Assembly: GCA_965222575.1 (NCBI GenBank)
Contig: OZ244958.1
Coordinates: 512,001-576,000 of the forward strand
Length of the DNA stretch: 64,000 bases
Direction of reading: 5' to 3'
From: Alphaproteobacteria bacterium
Lineage (GTDB): Bacteria > Pseudomonadota > Alphaproteobacteria > G965222575
Shown piece by piece: positions 1 to 9,073 of the stretch. Below the pieces are notes generated by a model that saw only the letters and a program-made list of their open reading frames with translations, had not been told where the DNA came from and searched no databases. Every line of letters starts with the position of its first letter. Positions within the stretch are counted from its first letter, which is position 1. Both the position numbers and the translations under genes were made by a program.

Positions 1-1228
1 CACTCATCTGTAACACACTACAAGCAGTATGCAAATTGTGCGTCGCAAAACAGGGATACAATCGATCCCTTAACCGTAACAACTCCTGACTACACACAAG
101 ATAACTGATATCCGTATAGCACTTACGCGTAAACACCGCATAATCCCTTAATCCTAATTCCTGATAATGCTTAATCTCTGTGTCCCAATAAGCCCCTTTT
201 ACCAAACGCGGCATCAATCGACGCTTGGTTTGTTGCGCTATTTCCTCTAAATACCGCACAACCGCTAACCCACGACGCTGATACGATTGTAGCGCTACCC
301 CAAACCCTTCCCAATCCTTCAGTTTCTTATCCTTACACACCTCAGAAAATACCCCTAAAGTAAGATGAAGCCTGTCCGATTCCTCCGCATCTATGCATAA
401 AGGGACATTGTAAACACTTGCTAAACGCGCAAGCTCTAGTACCCGCGGCACCAATTCCTCATACACACGCTCCCTTTGTAACACATCAAAACGAGGATGA
501 ATCGCTGACAATTTAATCGATAACCCATGATTCCTTTCACTTCCCTCCCTCCCAATAGCCTCAAGTGCTTCCATGTACCGCGAAAAATACTTCTCCCCAT
601 CCTTCCTAGTCCATGCTCCCTCCCCTAACATATCAAATGAACACACACAACCACTAGACTTCTTAAGACCTTGCTCTATTTCCTGCCCATAGATAAACTT
701 CTTCCCCATCAACGACACAATATGATTCATCACCCGCCTGATGATAGGACGGCTAAGACGATATAATAAAGAACGAAATAGCCCCTTCTTCCCTCTAAAC
801 CCTAGCACCCCTTTTGAACATAAAAGCCCCACTGTAGAGATGTCTAACCAAACATTCCCTCTCCATAAGTGTGATGTCCAATCTCCCCGCGCTAACTTAC
901 CGGCTATAAAGCTATGGGATGTTCTCTTATCTGGTATCCTAAGCAGTCCTTCCGCTAAACACATCAGTAGTACCCCCTCTTCAGAGTTTAAGTTATACTC
1001 CCTCATCACCGCCTGTATCACCCCCCCTCTCTCTTCCAGTACCCTCACTTTCTTCCCTAAAGCTGTAGACTGCTCCACTATGCCCCCTCTCTCTTTCGCA
1101 CTGAGTGACAATAGGGATACCAACTCTCTGATGAGCTCTTCCTCTTCCCTATCCCAACTAGCCCCTAAGGCTTGCGTCGGGGCATACACAGAGGTCTCTT
1201 TGTAACTTGGCACAACCCTTTGACTCAT
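1..1228 (-). CDS. putA: Bifunctional proline dehydrogenase/P5C dehydrogenase PutA, 5' part (runs off the window edge; absent from the ORF track)
   Basis: Manual minus-strand translation from ATG at 1228 gives EYNLNSEEGVLLMCLAEGLLRIPD, SFDMLGE, IDAEE, RLVKGAYWDTEIK, FATHN. Confidence 0.95.
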   Translation of the reverse strand, partial: MSQRVVPSYKETSVYAPTQALGASWDREEEELIRELVSLLSLSAKERGGIVEQSTALGKKVRVLEERGGVIQAVMREYNLNSEEGVLLMCLAEGLLRIPDKRTSHSFIAGKLARGDWTSHLWRGNVWLDISTVGLLCSKGVLGFRGKKGLFRSLLYRLSRPIIRRVMNHIVSLMGKKFIYGQEIEQGLKKSSGCVCSFDMLGEGAWTRKDGEKYFSRYMEALEAIGREGSERNHGLSIKLSAIHPRFDVLQRERVYEELVPRVLELARLASVYNVPLCIDAEESDRLHLTLGVFSEVCKDKKLKDWEGFGVALQSYQRRGLAVVRYLEEIAQQTKRRLMPRLVKGAYWDTEIKHYQELGLRDYAVFTRKCYTDISYLVCSQELLRLRDRLYPCFATHNLHTACSVLQMS

Positions 1229-1306
1229 TCTTTCATTGTAATCTCATTGTGACTTCTTTCACAGAAAGTATTATTATCTTCTCATCATAGTCACCGTTCC
1301 CTCACC

Positions 1307-3331
1307 ATGAAACAGAAATTTACTCTTTGGTCTATGCGTATTCCACTTGTTGCTACGCTCTGTTTCACAGCCCTTTTCTTCGTTGGCGCCTATTTCTCTT
1401 ATGACCCTTTTGTTGGGCCTTTTGTCTACAATGAGAGGCCTGCTCCTGATTTTTTTTCGCGTGTTTTACTCCTTTGGAAATGGGGTGCTGCTAGTTGTTA
1501 TCAAGGAATTGGTCTCACCTCTTTATTTCTAGCAGCAACTCTTGCTCTTTTAGGCATAAGAATAGGCCTTAAAGGAGAGGCACCTCCTCTGAAAGTGACA
1601 GTGCCTTTCTTGGTACTCTTTGTGTTCACCACGGCGTTAGCACTTGAAATCGTATATCCAAAACAAAATGTCTCAGGACTCTTAGGCCTCCTCTCTTTTC
1701 ACCTCTTATACACGCTCATTCCTGTGGGAGAAAATAGCCAAACAGGCACTGTTGCGCTCTTTTTTTCCCTCACGATTTCTTGCCTTATCTTTTTGTACTT
1801 TGGGGGGAAAAATATTTGGAAACAGCTTCTTGCAACCCTTTTCTCTCACTTCTCCTTTCAAAATCCTCTAAAATCTCAACGCCTTCGGCCCGCCTCTCGT
1901 AAAAAAATCCCCCTCACCCCGCCTCTTTCTCTCCTGAAAAAACCACAGCCTCAAAACACAGAGGCACACCAAACGGAAGTTAGGAATCGTATCCAACCTC
2001 TGAAAAAAGCCCTCAGTGATTTTGGCATCAAAGGGGAGATTATTGATTTCTCCATCGGGCCTGTGGTAGCAGTTTACAACTTCTTCCCAGCCCCGGGTAT
2101 CAAGGCTTCACGCATTATCTCCCTAGCAGACGATATCGCCCGCTCCATCGGCGCTCTCTCTTGCCGTATCGCCCCTATTCCGGGCAAGCAGTCTTTAGGC
2201 ATCGAAGTCCCACTGCAAAAACGACAACCCGTCCTCATCCGATCCCTCATCCAAGACCCAGCCTTCACAAAAGTGCACCATGATACCCTTACCCTTGCTA
2301 TGGGACAAACCATAGATGGGAAACCCTTCTATGATAATTTAGAAGATATGCCTCATCTTCTCATTGCCGGTACTACAGGTGCCGGAAAATCCGTTGGCTT
2401 GAATGCAATGCTGATTTCTATCCTCTATAACAGAACCCCACAGCAGTGCCGTTTTGTCATGATTGACCCCAAAATTTTAGAACTCTCCCTCTATAATGAT
2501 ATTCCACACCTCCTCACCCCCGTCGTTACAGACCCCAAACACGCATTAAGCGCTCTTAAATGGCTCGTCAATGAAATGGACCAACGATACCAGAAAATCG
2601 CAGACCTCGGCGTGCGCGACATCTCAGGATATAATCAAAAAGTCTCACACGCTACTAAAACAGGCAAAATGAGTACCCTCTCCTCTTTTCAGCGTACCCC
2701 GCTAACCCCTCTCCCGAGAATCGTCCTCGTCATTGACGAATTTGCAGACCTCATGATTATCGCACGCAAAGACGTTGAAGATTGTATCCAACGACTCGCT
2801 CAAAAAGCCCGCGCCTGCGGTATGCATATGATACTAGCTACCCAGAGACCTTCCGTAGATGTTATCACAGGAACTATCAAAGCTAACCTCCCAACCCGTA
2901 TGACCTTCAAAGTCGCCTCCAAAACAGATAGTCGCGTTGTCATGGGACAGAGCGGTGCGGAACAACTCTTAGGACACGGCGATATGCTGTATATCCCAAG
3001 TGCTTCAGAAATTATCCGTCTCCACGGCGCTTATGTTTCTGATACAGAAGTGACCGCTGTGGCAAAATTTTGTAAAGCTCAACAAAAACCAGATTATATC
3101 ACTATCCCCTCAACACCCTCTCAATACCCTTCCGCACTGCCGCAAGAAGAAGACCCCCTCTATCAACAAGCTGTGGATTGTATCTTGCAACAAAAACGAT
3201 GCTCTACTTCCCTCCTGCAAAGACGATTTAATATCGGGTACAACAGAGCCGCTAGAATGGTCGACACCATGGAAAAAAATCAGGTTGTCTCTTCTCCTGA
3301 CCACACAGGAAAACGCTCCATTCTCCTATGA
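1307..3331 (+). CDS. ftsK: DNA translocase FtsK
   Basis: N-terminal TM helices, MPHLLIAGTTGAGKS Walker A, IDEFADLM, ATQRPSVDVITG, gamma domain LQRRFNIGYNRAARMVD. Confidence 0.97.
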   Translation: MKQKFTLWSMRIPLVATLCFTALFFVGAYFSYDPFVGPFVYNERPAPDFFSRVLLLWKWGAASCYQGIGLTSLFLAATLALLGIRIGLKGEAPPLKVTVPFLVLFVFTTALALEIVYPKQNVSGLLGLLSFHLLYTLIPVGENSQTGTVALFFSLTISCLIFLYFGGKNIWKQLLATLFSHFSFQNPLKSQRLRPASRKKIPLTPPLSLLKKPQPQNTEAHQTEVRNRIQPLKKALSDFGIKGEIIDFSIGPVVAVYNFFPAPGIKASRIISLADDIARSIGALSCRIAPIPGKQSLGIEVPLQKRQPVLIRSLIQDPAFTKVHHDTLTLAMGQTIDGKPFYDNLEDMPHLLIAGTTGAGKSVGLNAMLISILYNRTPQQCRFVMIDPKILELSLYNDIPHLLTPVVTDPKHALSALKWLVNEMDQRYQKIADLGVRDISGYNQKVSHATKTGKMSTLSSFQRTPLTPLPRIVLVIDEFADLMIIARKDVEDCIQRLAQKARACGMHMILATQRPSVDVITGTIKANLPTRMTFKVASKTDSRVVMGQSGAEQLLGHGDMLYIPSASEIIRLHGAYVSDTEVTAVAKFCKAQQKPDYITIPSTPSQYPSALPQEEDPLYQQAVDCILQQKRCSTSLLQRRFNIGYNRAARMVDTMEKNQVVSSPDHTGKRSILL

Positions 3332-3918
3332 AACTCCTGCCGCTCTTGACCCTCTTTCTTGTTTGCTCCGCCACCGCCCAAACACAACCCCAAAAACAAA
3401 CAGAACAACAGGTACTCTCCCTCTTACAAGACCTCCTCCAAAATGACGAAAAAGCCCTCTTCTCTCCCTTTACGCAACAGGACCAAAAAGGAACCTCCAC
3501 CGGTACCCTAATCCTCTCAAGTCAAGGACGATTTCGCTTTTCATACCACCATCCTACCCCTATGACTATCATCTCAGATGGAATCTGGATAGCCATAGAA
3601 GAAGACGGCTTCCTGCAACGCTATCCCCTCTCCTCTTCGCCTCTCTCCGTCCTCAAACGCAAAGATATCAAGCCCTTTATCAAACAATTCTCTTTTCATG
3701 AACGCCTCGTTACCATTCTCCTCGCCCACCCCAAAGACCCACAAGCCCCTTCCGTCACCCTCAATATCGAAACTTCCCCCCTTACACTCCTCTCATGGAC
3801 CATCAATACCCCACACCCCATCATTGTCTTACTGACAAACCCCACAATCTCTGATGCCAAAACCCTCCCTATCTCTACTTTTTTCATTGACTACGATAAG
3901 TATTTCCACGAAGAGTAA
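3328..3918 (+). CDS. lolA: Outer-membrane lipoprotein carrier LolA family protein
   Basis: Signal peptide, FTQ..GTLIL..GRFRFSY..IISDG..YPLSSSPL; directly after ftsK as in other alphaproteobacteria. Confidence 0.75.
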   Translation: MKLLPLLTLFLVCSATAQTQPQKQTEQQVLSLLQDLLQNDEKALFSPFTQQDQKGTSTGTLILSSQGRFRFSYHHPTPMTIISDGIWIAIEEDGFLQRYPLSSSPLSVLKRKDIKPFIKQFSFHERLVTILLAHPKDPQAPSVTLNIETSPLTLLSWTINTPHPIIVLLTNPTISDAKTLPISTFFIDYDKYFHEE

Positions 3919-3951
3919 CAATACCCAAAGAGAAAAAGTATTTTTTTAACC

Positions 3952-3980
3952 TTGTCTCTTTCCAAACTTTATGCTATAGT
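3952..3980 (+). promoter_or_regulatory. Sigma70-type promoter with no downstream CDS
   Basis: TTGTCT-N17-TATAGT with extended -10 TG. Confidence 0.55.
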
Positions 3981-3986
3981 CAGCTT

Positions 3987-4148
3987 CATATCGTGGGTAA
4001 GCGTGTGCTCAATATTAAGGGACGATTCTTGGTTTTCTCTTTCTCTTTTTCCGATCTCTTCTCTTTGAAAAGCATTGTGCACACCGGAAGCTTAAACCTG
4101 TAAGAGCGCCCTAGAGAGTTCTCTAAGGCGCTCTAATGTGGGGTTTTT
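3987..4148 (+). ncRNA. Candidate structured small RNA
   Basis: Promoter upstream; GTGTGCTCAAT (4003-4013) pairs with ATTGTGCACAC (4074-4084); TAAGC pairs with GCTTA; second hairpin followed by a T-run. Confidence 0.4.
4103..4148. terminator. Strong hairpin, possible terminator between converging transcripts
   Basis: AGAGCGCCCTAGAGA-gt-TCTCTAAGGCGCTCT (one mismatch), with TTTTTT shortly after. Confidence 0.55.
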
Positions 4149-4197
4149 TATTGCAACAAAATGACCCCCTTATGGTTTTACCTTATCCTCCCCCCCC

Positions 4198-4218
4198 CGG
4201 AGAGAGGGATTCAACCCC
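4198..4218 (-). repeat. Degenerate copy of the tRNA-Ser 3' end
   Basis: CGGAGAGAGGGATTCAACCCC versus tRNA CGGAGAGAGAGGGATTCGAACCC at 4299. Confidence 0.65.
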
Positions 4219-4298
4219 CTTAGTTTTTGCTCAGTGTGGAGGAGAGACGGATGAAAATGACCAAAAGAGACGCAATTGATGTCCAGAATTGAGGAGCC

Positions 4299-4386
4299 CG
4301 GAGAGAGAGGGATTCGAACCCTCGAAGGGCTTATCACCCTTACTCCCTTAGCAGGGGAGCGCTTTCAGCCACTCAGCCACCTCTCC
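4299..4386 (-). tRNA. tRNA-Ser(GCT)
   Basis: GGAGAGG/TCTCTCC acceptor stem, CT-GCT-AA loop, long variable arm, GGTTCGAATCC; CCA not encoded. Confidence 0.96.
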
Positions 4387-4514
4387 TTAAGACCAATTTT
4401 CCCTGAAAGTCTGCCTTACGGATTTCTTCCTTTAGGCAAAAATCTTAACGTAATCTCTTCACAACTGCAATTCATTCCTGTAAAATAGAGCTTTCTTGTA
4501 TTTCATCTCTTACG

Positions 4515-5828
4515 GTGTCTGAAACTTTTTATATCAAAACTTATGGCTGTCAGATGAATCACTATGACTCTGACAAAATCTCTGATATTCTCCTTCTCAT
4601 GGGATACCATAGAGTCGATTCCTATCTCAAGGCGTCCATCATTGTGCTTAATACCTGTCATATTCGTCACAAGGCTACGGAAAAAATGTATTCGAAGCTA
4701 GGGGAGGTGAGAAAAAAGACGCGCCCCCAGCGCCTTTCGCCTCTTATCATTGTTGCCGGGTGTACAGCTCAAGCAGAGGGACAGCTACTCTTTCAACGCA
4801 ACGAACAGGTGCGTATTGTTGTGGGCCCGCAAGCCTATCATCAATTGCCGCAGCTGATTAAGCGCGCGAAAGTGTGTAAGCAACTAGCTCTTGATTTCAA
4901 GGTTATTGAAAAGTTTGACCACTTGCCTAAACCTGTTACTTCAAAGTCTTCCGCTTTACTTTCTATTCAAGAAGGGTGTGACAAGTTTTGCTCTTTTTGC
5001 GTGGTGCCCTATACCAGAGGGCCAGAGCTGTCAAGACCTGTTCGTCAGATTGTAGCGGAAGCGACACAGCTTTCGCGGAAAGGAGCACTTGAGATTACAC
5101 TCCTTGGGCAAAATGTCAATGCGTATAACGGACAGGGATACGATGGAAAGCCCTGGACACTTGCACAACTTCTCCACCTTCTCCACAAGACCTTACCGCT
5201 CAAACGTCTCTCCTATATGACCTCTCATCCCCTTGAGATGACCCAAGACCTCATTACGGCTCATAGAGATATTCCTGTGCTGATTCCCTACCTTCACCTC
5301 CCCGTACAATCAGGTGCTAATCGTGTTTTGAAGGCGATGAATAGACGATATACTGCCCAACAATATGCAGAGATTATTGCCCAAATGCGTAGCCTCAGAC
5401 CAGACATGGCCATCAGTTCAGACTTTATCGTTGGCTTTCCGGGCGAAACCGAAAAAGAGTTCCTCCAAACCATAAGCCTCGTCGAGAAGATTTCCTTCTC
5501 CCATAGCTTCTCTTTTACCTTTAGTCCAAGGCCGGGGACAAAAGCCGCTACCTTAGAAAACCCCGTACCTGAACAAGAAAAACGTAGACGACTCCTCTTC
5601 TTGCAAGAAGTCCTAGCCAAACAAGCCTACAACTTTAACAAATCCTTTGTAGGGAAAACCCTTCCCGTGCTCTTCCAATACAAGGATACGAAAAAACAGC
5701 TGCTGAAAGGAAAATCCTCCTATATGCACAATGTCCATCTTCCTCTCAACTCAAAATACTTAAACAAAATCCTGCCTGTGCAAATTACAAGTACCTCACA
5801 GCATGCTCTTAAGGCAGTCCTTACATGA
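4515..5828 (+). CDS. miaB: tRNA methylthiotransferase MiaB
   Basis: KTYGCQMN, LNTCHIR, QEGCDKFCSFCVVPYTRG, DFIVGFPGET. Confidence 0.96.
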   Translation: MSETFYIKTYGCQMNHYDSDKISDILLLMGYHRVDSYLKASIIVLNTCHIRHKATEKMYSKLGEVRKKTRPQRLSPLIIVAGCTAQAEGQLLFQRNEQVRIVVGPQAYHQLPQLIKRAKVCKQLALDFKVIEKFDHLPKPVTSKSSALLSIQEGCDKFCSFCVVPYTRGPELSRPVRQIVAEATQLSRKGALEITLLGQNVNAYNGQGYDGKPWTLAQLLHLLHKTLPLKRLSYMTSHPLEMTQDLITAHRDIPVLIPYLHLPVQSGANRVLKAMNRRYTAQQYAEIIAQMRSLRPDMAISSDFIVGFPGETEKEFLQTISLVEKISFSHSFSFTFSPRPGTKAATLENPVPEQEKRRRLLFLQEVLAKQAYNFNKSFVGKTLPVLFQYKDTKKQLLKGKSSYMHNVHLPLNSKYLNKILPVQITSTSQHALKAVLT

Positions 5829-6307
5829 CTCACCACCACCATAGCATAATGGTAAAAATTGATAAAGATACCCACAATTGGGCTTTTTGTAGAGCCCTCC
5901 TTCAGAACCTTTCTCCTACCATTTTAGGCTTTCTGCACCAACGTGTCCCCCAAGGATTCAGTGCGGAACTTTCTATCTGTTGTGTAAGCCCTCAAACCAT
6001 CACACACCTAAATCATACCTACAGAAACCAAAAGTCCCTCACCAATGTTCTTGCGTTTCCAACCCAGTTTACACACGCTCTAAATGACCAGCACCCCCTC
6101 TTGCCCCTTCCTCTTGGCGATATTGTGATTTCTCCTCATAAAGCTTGTTGTGAAACCATGGCTTTACAGACCTCTTTTGTAGCACACTTTGCCCACCTTA
6201 TCTTCCACGCTCTCCTCCATCTCTTCGGGTACCAACACAATAACAAAGCCGCTGCCCATAACATGTCTCAACTTGAACAACAATTGCTTGATAAAGCAGG
6301 TCTATGA
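5825..6307 (+). CDS. ybeY: rRNA maturation endoribonuclease YbeY
   Basis: TNVLAFP, LGDIVIS, HALLHLFGYQH metal motif. Confidence 0.92.
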   Translation: MTHHHHSIMVKIDKDTHNWAFCRALLQNLSPTILGFLHQRVPQGFSAELSICCVSPQTITHLNHTYRNQKSLTNVLAFPTQFTHALNDQHPLLPLPLGDIVISPHKACCETMALQTSFVAHFAHLIFHALLHLFGYQHNNKAAAHNMSQLEQQLLDKAGL

Positions 6308-7104
6308 AGTCTCTTCTCAAACTGATTCAAAGATACCGCTCTCAAAATCAACCGCAACAGGCCTCTCTCAAAAAAAATGTCCAAGAGCAACAGAAATTCA
6401 TCAAGCTCAATGTGGAAAAACTCCCCTATTCCTCAGTTTCCTCCATTATGATCCCAAGACCCGAAATTGTCGCTTTTGATAGGAAATTGAAAATCCCAGA
6501 TATCATTCCTATTCTTCAACGCACCCCTCATGCCCGCTTTCCCCTGTATGACAAAACCCTAGACCATGTCATCGGCATGCTCAGACTCAAAGATATTGTC
6601 GCTTCTCTGTTGCTACAACAGCACAACAAATCCCTGAAGCACTTTTCCAAAAAAGTGCTGTTTGTGCCAGAAAGTATGCTCGTGACAGACTTGCTGGTGG
6701 AAATGAAAAAAACCGGCATTCATCTCGCTATTGTTCTGGATGAATATGGCGGTACGGAAGGACTTGTGACAATATCAGATGTCACAGACGAAATTACAGG
6801 GGAAATGAGAGAAGGTATTGCATATCAGATTCTCAATAAGCCCCTCAAGTCCCTTCCAGATGGATCACTGGAGATTGATGCCAAAACGCCGCTTGAAAAA
6901 GTGGAACAGTGGATGGGGCGGAAAATCATACACGATAATCACGATGTTCATACCATCGGTGGGCTTGCTTTTGAACTCAACGGCGCTGTCCCAGATATAA
7001 ATGATGTTGTGAAATATGAAGACTTTGATATTCACATAATAAAAGCCGATAAACGCTATATTAAAGTCGTGAGATTGACAAAAAAAGACCCACTTGTCTC
7101 TTGA
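6304..7104 (+). CDS. corC: CBS/CorC-HlyC domain protein (CorC/hemolysin C family)
   Basis: IMIPR, HARFP, AIVLDEYGGTEGLVT, TIGG; after ybeY. Confidence 0.85.
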   Translation: MKSLLKLIQRYRSQNQPQQASLKKNVQEQQKFIKLNVEKLPYSSVSSIMIPRPEIVAFDRKLKIPDIIPILQRTPHARFPLYDKTLDHVIGMLRLKDIVASLLLQQHNKSLKHFSKKVLFVPESMLVTDLLVEMKKTGIHLAIVLDEYGGTEGLVTISDVTDEITGEMREGIAYQILNKPLKSLPDGSLEIDAKTPLEKVEQWMGRKIIHDNHDVHTIGGLAFELNGAVPDINDVVKYEDFDIHIIKADKRYIKVVRLTKKDPLVS

Positions 7105-7134
7105 AAGTTTGTACAGTACACTCTTTAAGTTGTA

Positions 7135-7206
7135 TCCTCGGTAGCTCAGCGGCAGAGCAAGCGGCTGTTAACCGCTAGGTCGTTGGTTCGAATCCAACCC
7201 GGGGAG
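7135..7206 (+). tRNA. tRNA-Asn(GTT)
   Basis: TCCTCGG/CCGGGGA acceptor stem, CT-GTT-AA loop, GGTTCGAATCC. Confidence 0.96.
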
Positions 7207-7235
7207 TGCTACAGATAAAGTAGAAGACAGCTCTT

Positions 7236-8030
7236 ATGCCCTTTTCCTCTCCCGTTTCCATTGTTATTGTTGGCTATGGACGCATGGGGAAAGCCGTAGG
7301 GAAAGTCTGTGAGGAACAAAACCTCTCTATTCAAAGTATCTGTCATTCCCTAGACGAACTAAGAGCGGCAACCTTTAAGCAACCAGCTGTTGCTGTTGTG
7401 TTTACGACCTCTCCTACCCTTACCCCTACACTTGAAGTGATTGCACAACATCATATGCCTATGGTGTGTGGTTCCACAGGGTGGCAGGAAACAAAGCCAC
7501 AAATACAAAAGCTCATCAAGGACTATGGCATTCCTTGCGTGATGGATAGTAATTTTTCACTAGGGATTCATCTCTTAAATGAAATGGCAACCCTAGCAAC
7601 CACACTAACAGACCCGCACAATTATAAGATTGCTATCAGTGAAATTCATCACCGTCATAAGAAAGATAAGCCTTCAGGGACAGCACTTAATCTCGTACAG
7701 CGGATACTAGCCTATAGTCGGTCTAAAACCTCCTTTTCAAAGGGTTCAGTGCGTAACTCCCACCAGAAGATTGCCCTCTCTTCTCGGCGCCAAGGCGCAG
7801 GGTGCGGGACGCATCGGGTTTCTTTTTCTAGCACTTATGAACGGCTTGAAGTGAAACATGTTGCCCTCCATAGAACACTCTTCGCCCAAGGGGCTGTCCG
7901 CTCTGCTCTTTGGCTTTATGGCAAGAGGGGTCTCTTTTCTTTCAGCGATGTTGTACGGCAGGAAGCCCACTTTCCCCCTAGGGGGTTGCCCCTAGGGGCT
8001 AGCCCCCCCAATAAAGTTCGTGGGGAGTAG
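7236..8030 (+). CDS. dapB: 4-hydroxy-tetrahydrodipicolinate reductase
   Basis: GYGRMG, GSTGW, SNFSLG, EIHHRHKKDKPSGTA, FAQGA. Confidence 0.93.
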   Translation: MPFSSPVSIVIVGYGRMGKAVGKVCEEQNLSIQSICHSLDELRAATFKQPAVAVVFTTSPTLTPTLEVIAQHHMPMVCGSTGWQETKPQIQKLIKDYGIPCVMDSNFSLGIHLLNEMATLATTLTDPHNYKIAISEIHHRHKKDKPSGTALNLVQRILAYSRSKTSFSKGSVRNSHQKIALSSRRQGAGCGTHRVSFSSTYERLEVKHVALHRTLFAQGAVRSALWLYGKRGLFSFSDVVRQEAHFPPRGLPLGASPPNKVRGE

Positions 8031-8075
8031 GGTTTTTTCCCCCTAGGGTTTTTTTTCCCCCTAGGGGGTTTTTTC
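7971..8075. repeat. Cluster of CCCCTAGGGG-type palindromes and three TAGGG-Tn-Cn units starting at the dapB stop codon
   Basis: CCCCCTAGGGGG, CCCCTAGGGGCTAGCCCC, then TAGGGTTTTTTCCCCC-like units. Confidence 0.8.
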
Positions 8076-8105
8076 TTGACAAAGGGCTTGGAATTGTCCT
8101 ATTAT
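8076..8105 (+). promoter_or_regulatory. Sigma70-type promoter for the 8156 gene
   Basis: TTGACA-N18-TATTAT; AGGAG just before the start. Confidence 0.5.
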
Positions 8106-8155
8106 ATAGGCAACCCGTCTATAGTATAGATGAGTTATATAATCTAAACAGGAGC

Positions 8156-8932
8156 TTGGTAATCATGGAGAGAAGAAAGACGTACTTCGGTACTGCAAGA
8201 GAGATATATGTTAGTTTTCTGACAGTAGGGGTTGTTCTATTAGGAGTATTAGGAGGGACATTCCTCTTAGCGCAAAGTTCCGCCGTTGTTGATCAACCTT
8301 CCATTACAATAGATGAACACCTAAACTTTGGGGCTTATACTGTGACCCCGATGCAACTGAATAACGGGGAAAAGATTGAGTGTAACTTAAAGAGTAATGG
8401 AAACACAGAATGTAATAATGCCACTCCTGTTGGTAACTGGGCACAGGTAGGGGAATTCACTATTATACCGGAGATTTCGCCCATCATAAGTACCGATCTC
8501 AATACGGGGAACCCTTACACCACCTATGAACCTCTTGCATTTATAAAGGTTTCATATATTGAGGGGTCTTTTAATTTGAAAAAGTTGAAAGAGGCGGGAG
8601 TGGAGTTAGTGTTCAGGTTTCGCAAAAAAAGCGGCCCGGCGGGCGATCTGAAGAAGTCCACTGGGACTAGTAGTTCGAATGTTGCTGACCTGACGGTGTT
8701 TAATCCCCTTGAGTCACCAGAGGCCTATATGATATTTGTCGGTGACACTTCGGTATCAGTGGCGGCAAACGTTAATAAGAGCCCAAGGGTATTCAAAGTT
8801 TATGGGAAGTTAATAGTGAGTGACCCGGTGAAGTTTTTTGCTTACAGAACAAAGCATAATATTAAAGATGCCTCGAAAGTACTAGGCACATTGAACTTTA
8901 AGGTTGCTACTACGCGGGCAGGGACTGATTAG
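8156..8932 (+). CDS. Secreted or membrane-anchored protein, DUF4402-like
   Basis: N-terminal hydrophobic segment, SITIDEHLNFG motif followed by a Cys pair, beta-rich sequence; family assignment by eye. Confidence 0.6.
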   Translation: MVIMERRKTYFGTAREIYVSFLTVGVVLLGVLGGTFLLAQSSAVVDQPSITIDEHLNFGAYTVTPMQLNNGEKIECNLKSNGNTECNNATPVGNWAQVGEFTIIPEISPIISTDLNTGNPYTTYEPLAFIKVSYIEGSFNLKKLKEAGVELVFRFRKKSGPAGDLKKSTGTSSSNVADLTVFNPLESPEAYMIFVGDTSVSVAANVNKSPRVFKVYGKLIVSDPVKFFAYRTKHNIKDASKVLGTLNFKVATTRAGTD

Positions 8933-8946
8933 TAACGAACCGCGAC

Positions 8947-8978
8947 AAGCTTAAGCTTCAAGCTTCAAGCTTTTAAGC
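8947..8978. repeat. AAGCTT microsatellite (4 copies plus partial)
   Basis: aagcttaagcttcaagcttcaagcttttaagc. Confidence 0.85.
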
Positions 8979-9010
8979 ACACTTAGGGTGCGTGGGGGAC
9001 TTTCTTGACC

Positions 9011-9050
9011 TTTAGGGGGGGGGGCTAGCCCCCTAGCCCCTAGCCCTGGG
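9011..9050. repeat. G-tract plus GGGGCTAGCCCC/CTAGCCC repeats
   Basis: Same GGGGCTAGCCCC palindrome as at about 7995, on the other side of the 8156 gene. Confidence 0.7.
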
Positions 9051-9073
9051 CAGTGATACAGAGGCGGGGCTTC

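Noticed and set aside
741-1205. 154-aa + strand ORF
   Set aside because: Antisense shadow of putA; the many other short ORFs opposite housekeeping genes were rejected the same way
4276-4488. 70-aa ORF
   Set aside because: Overlaps tRNA-Ser on the opposite strand
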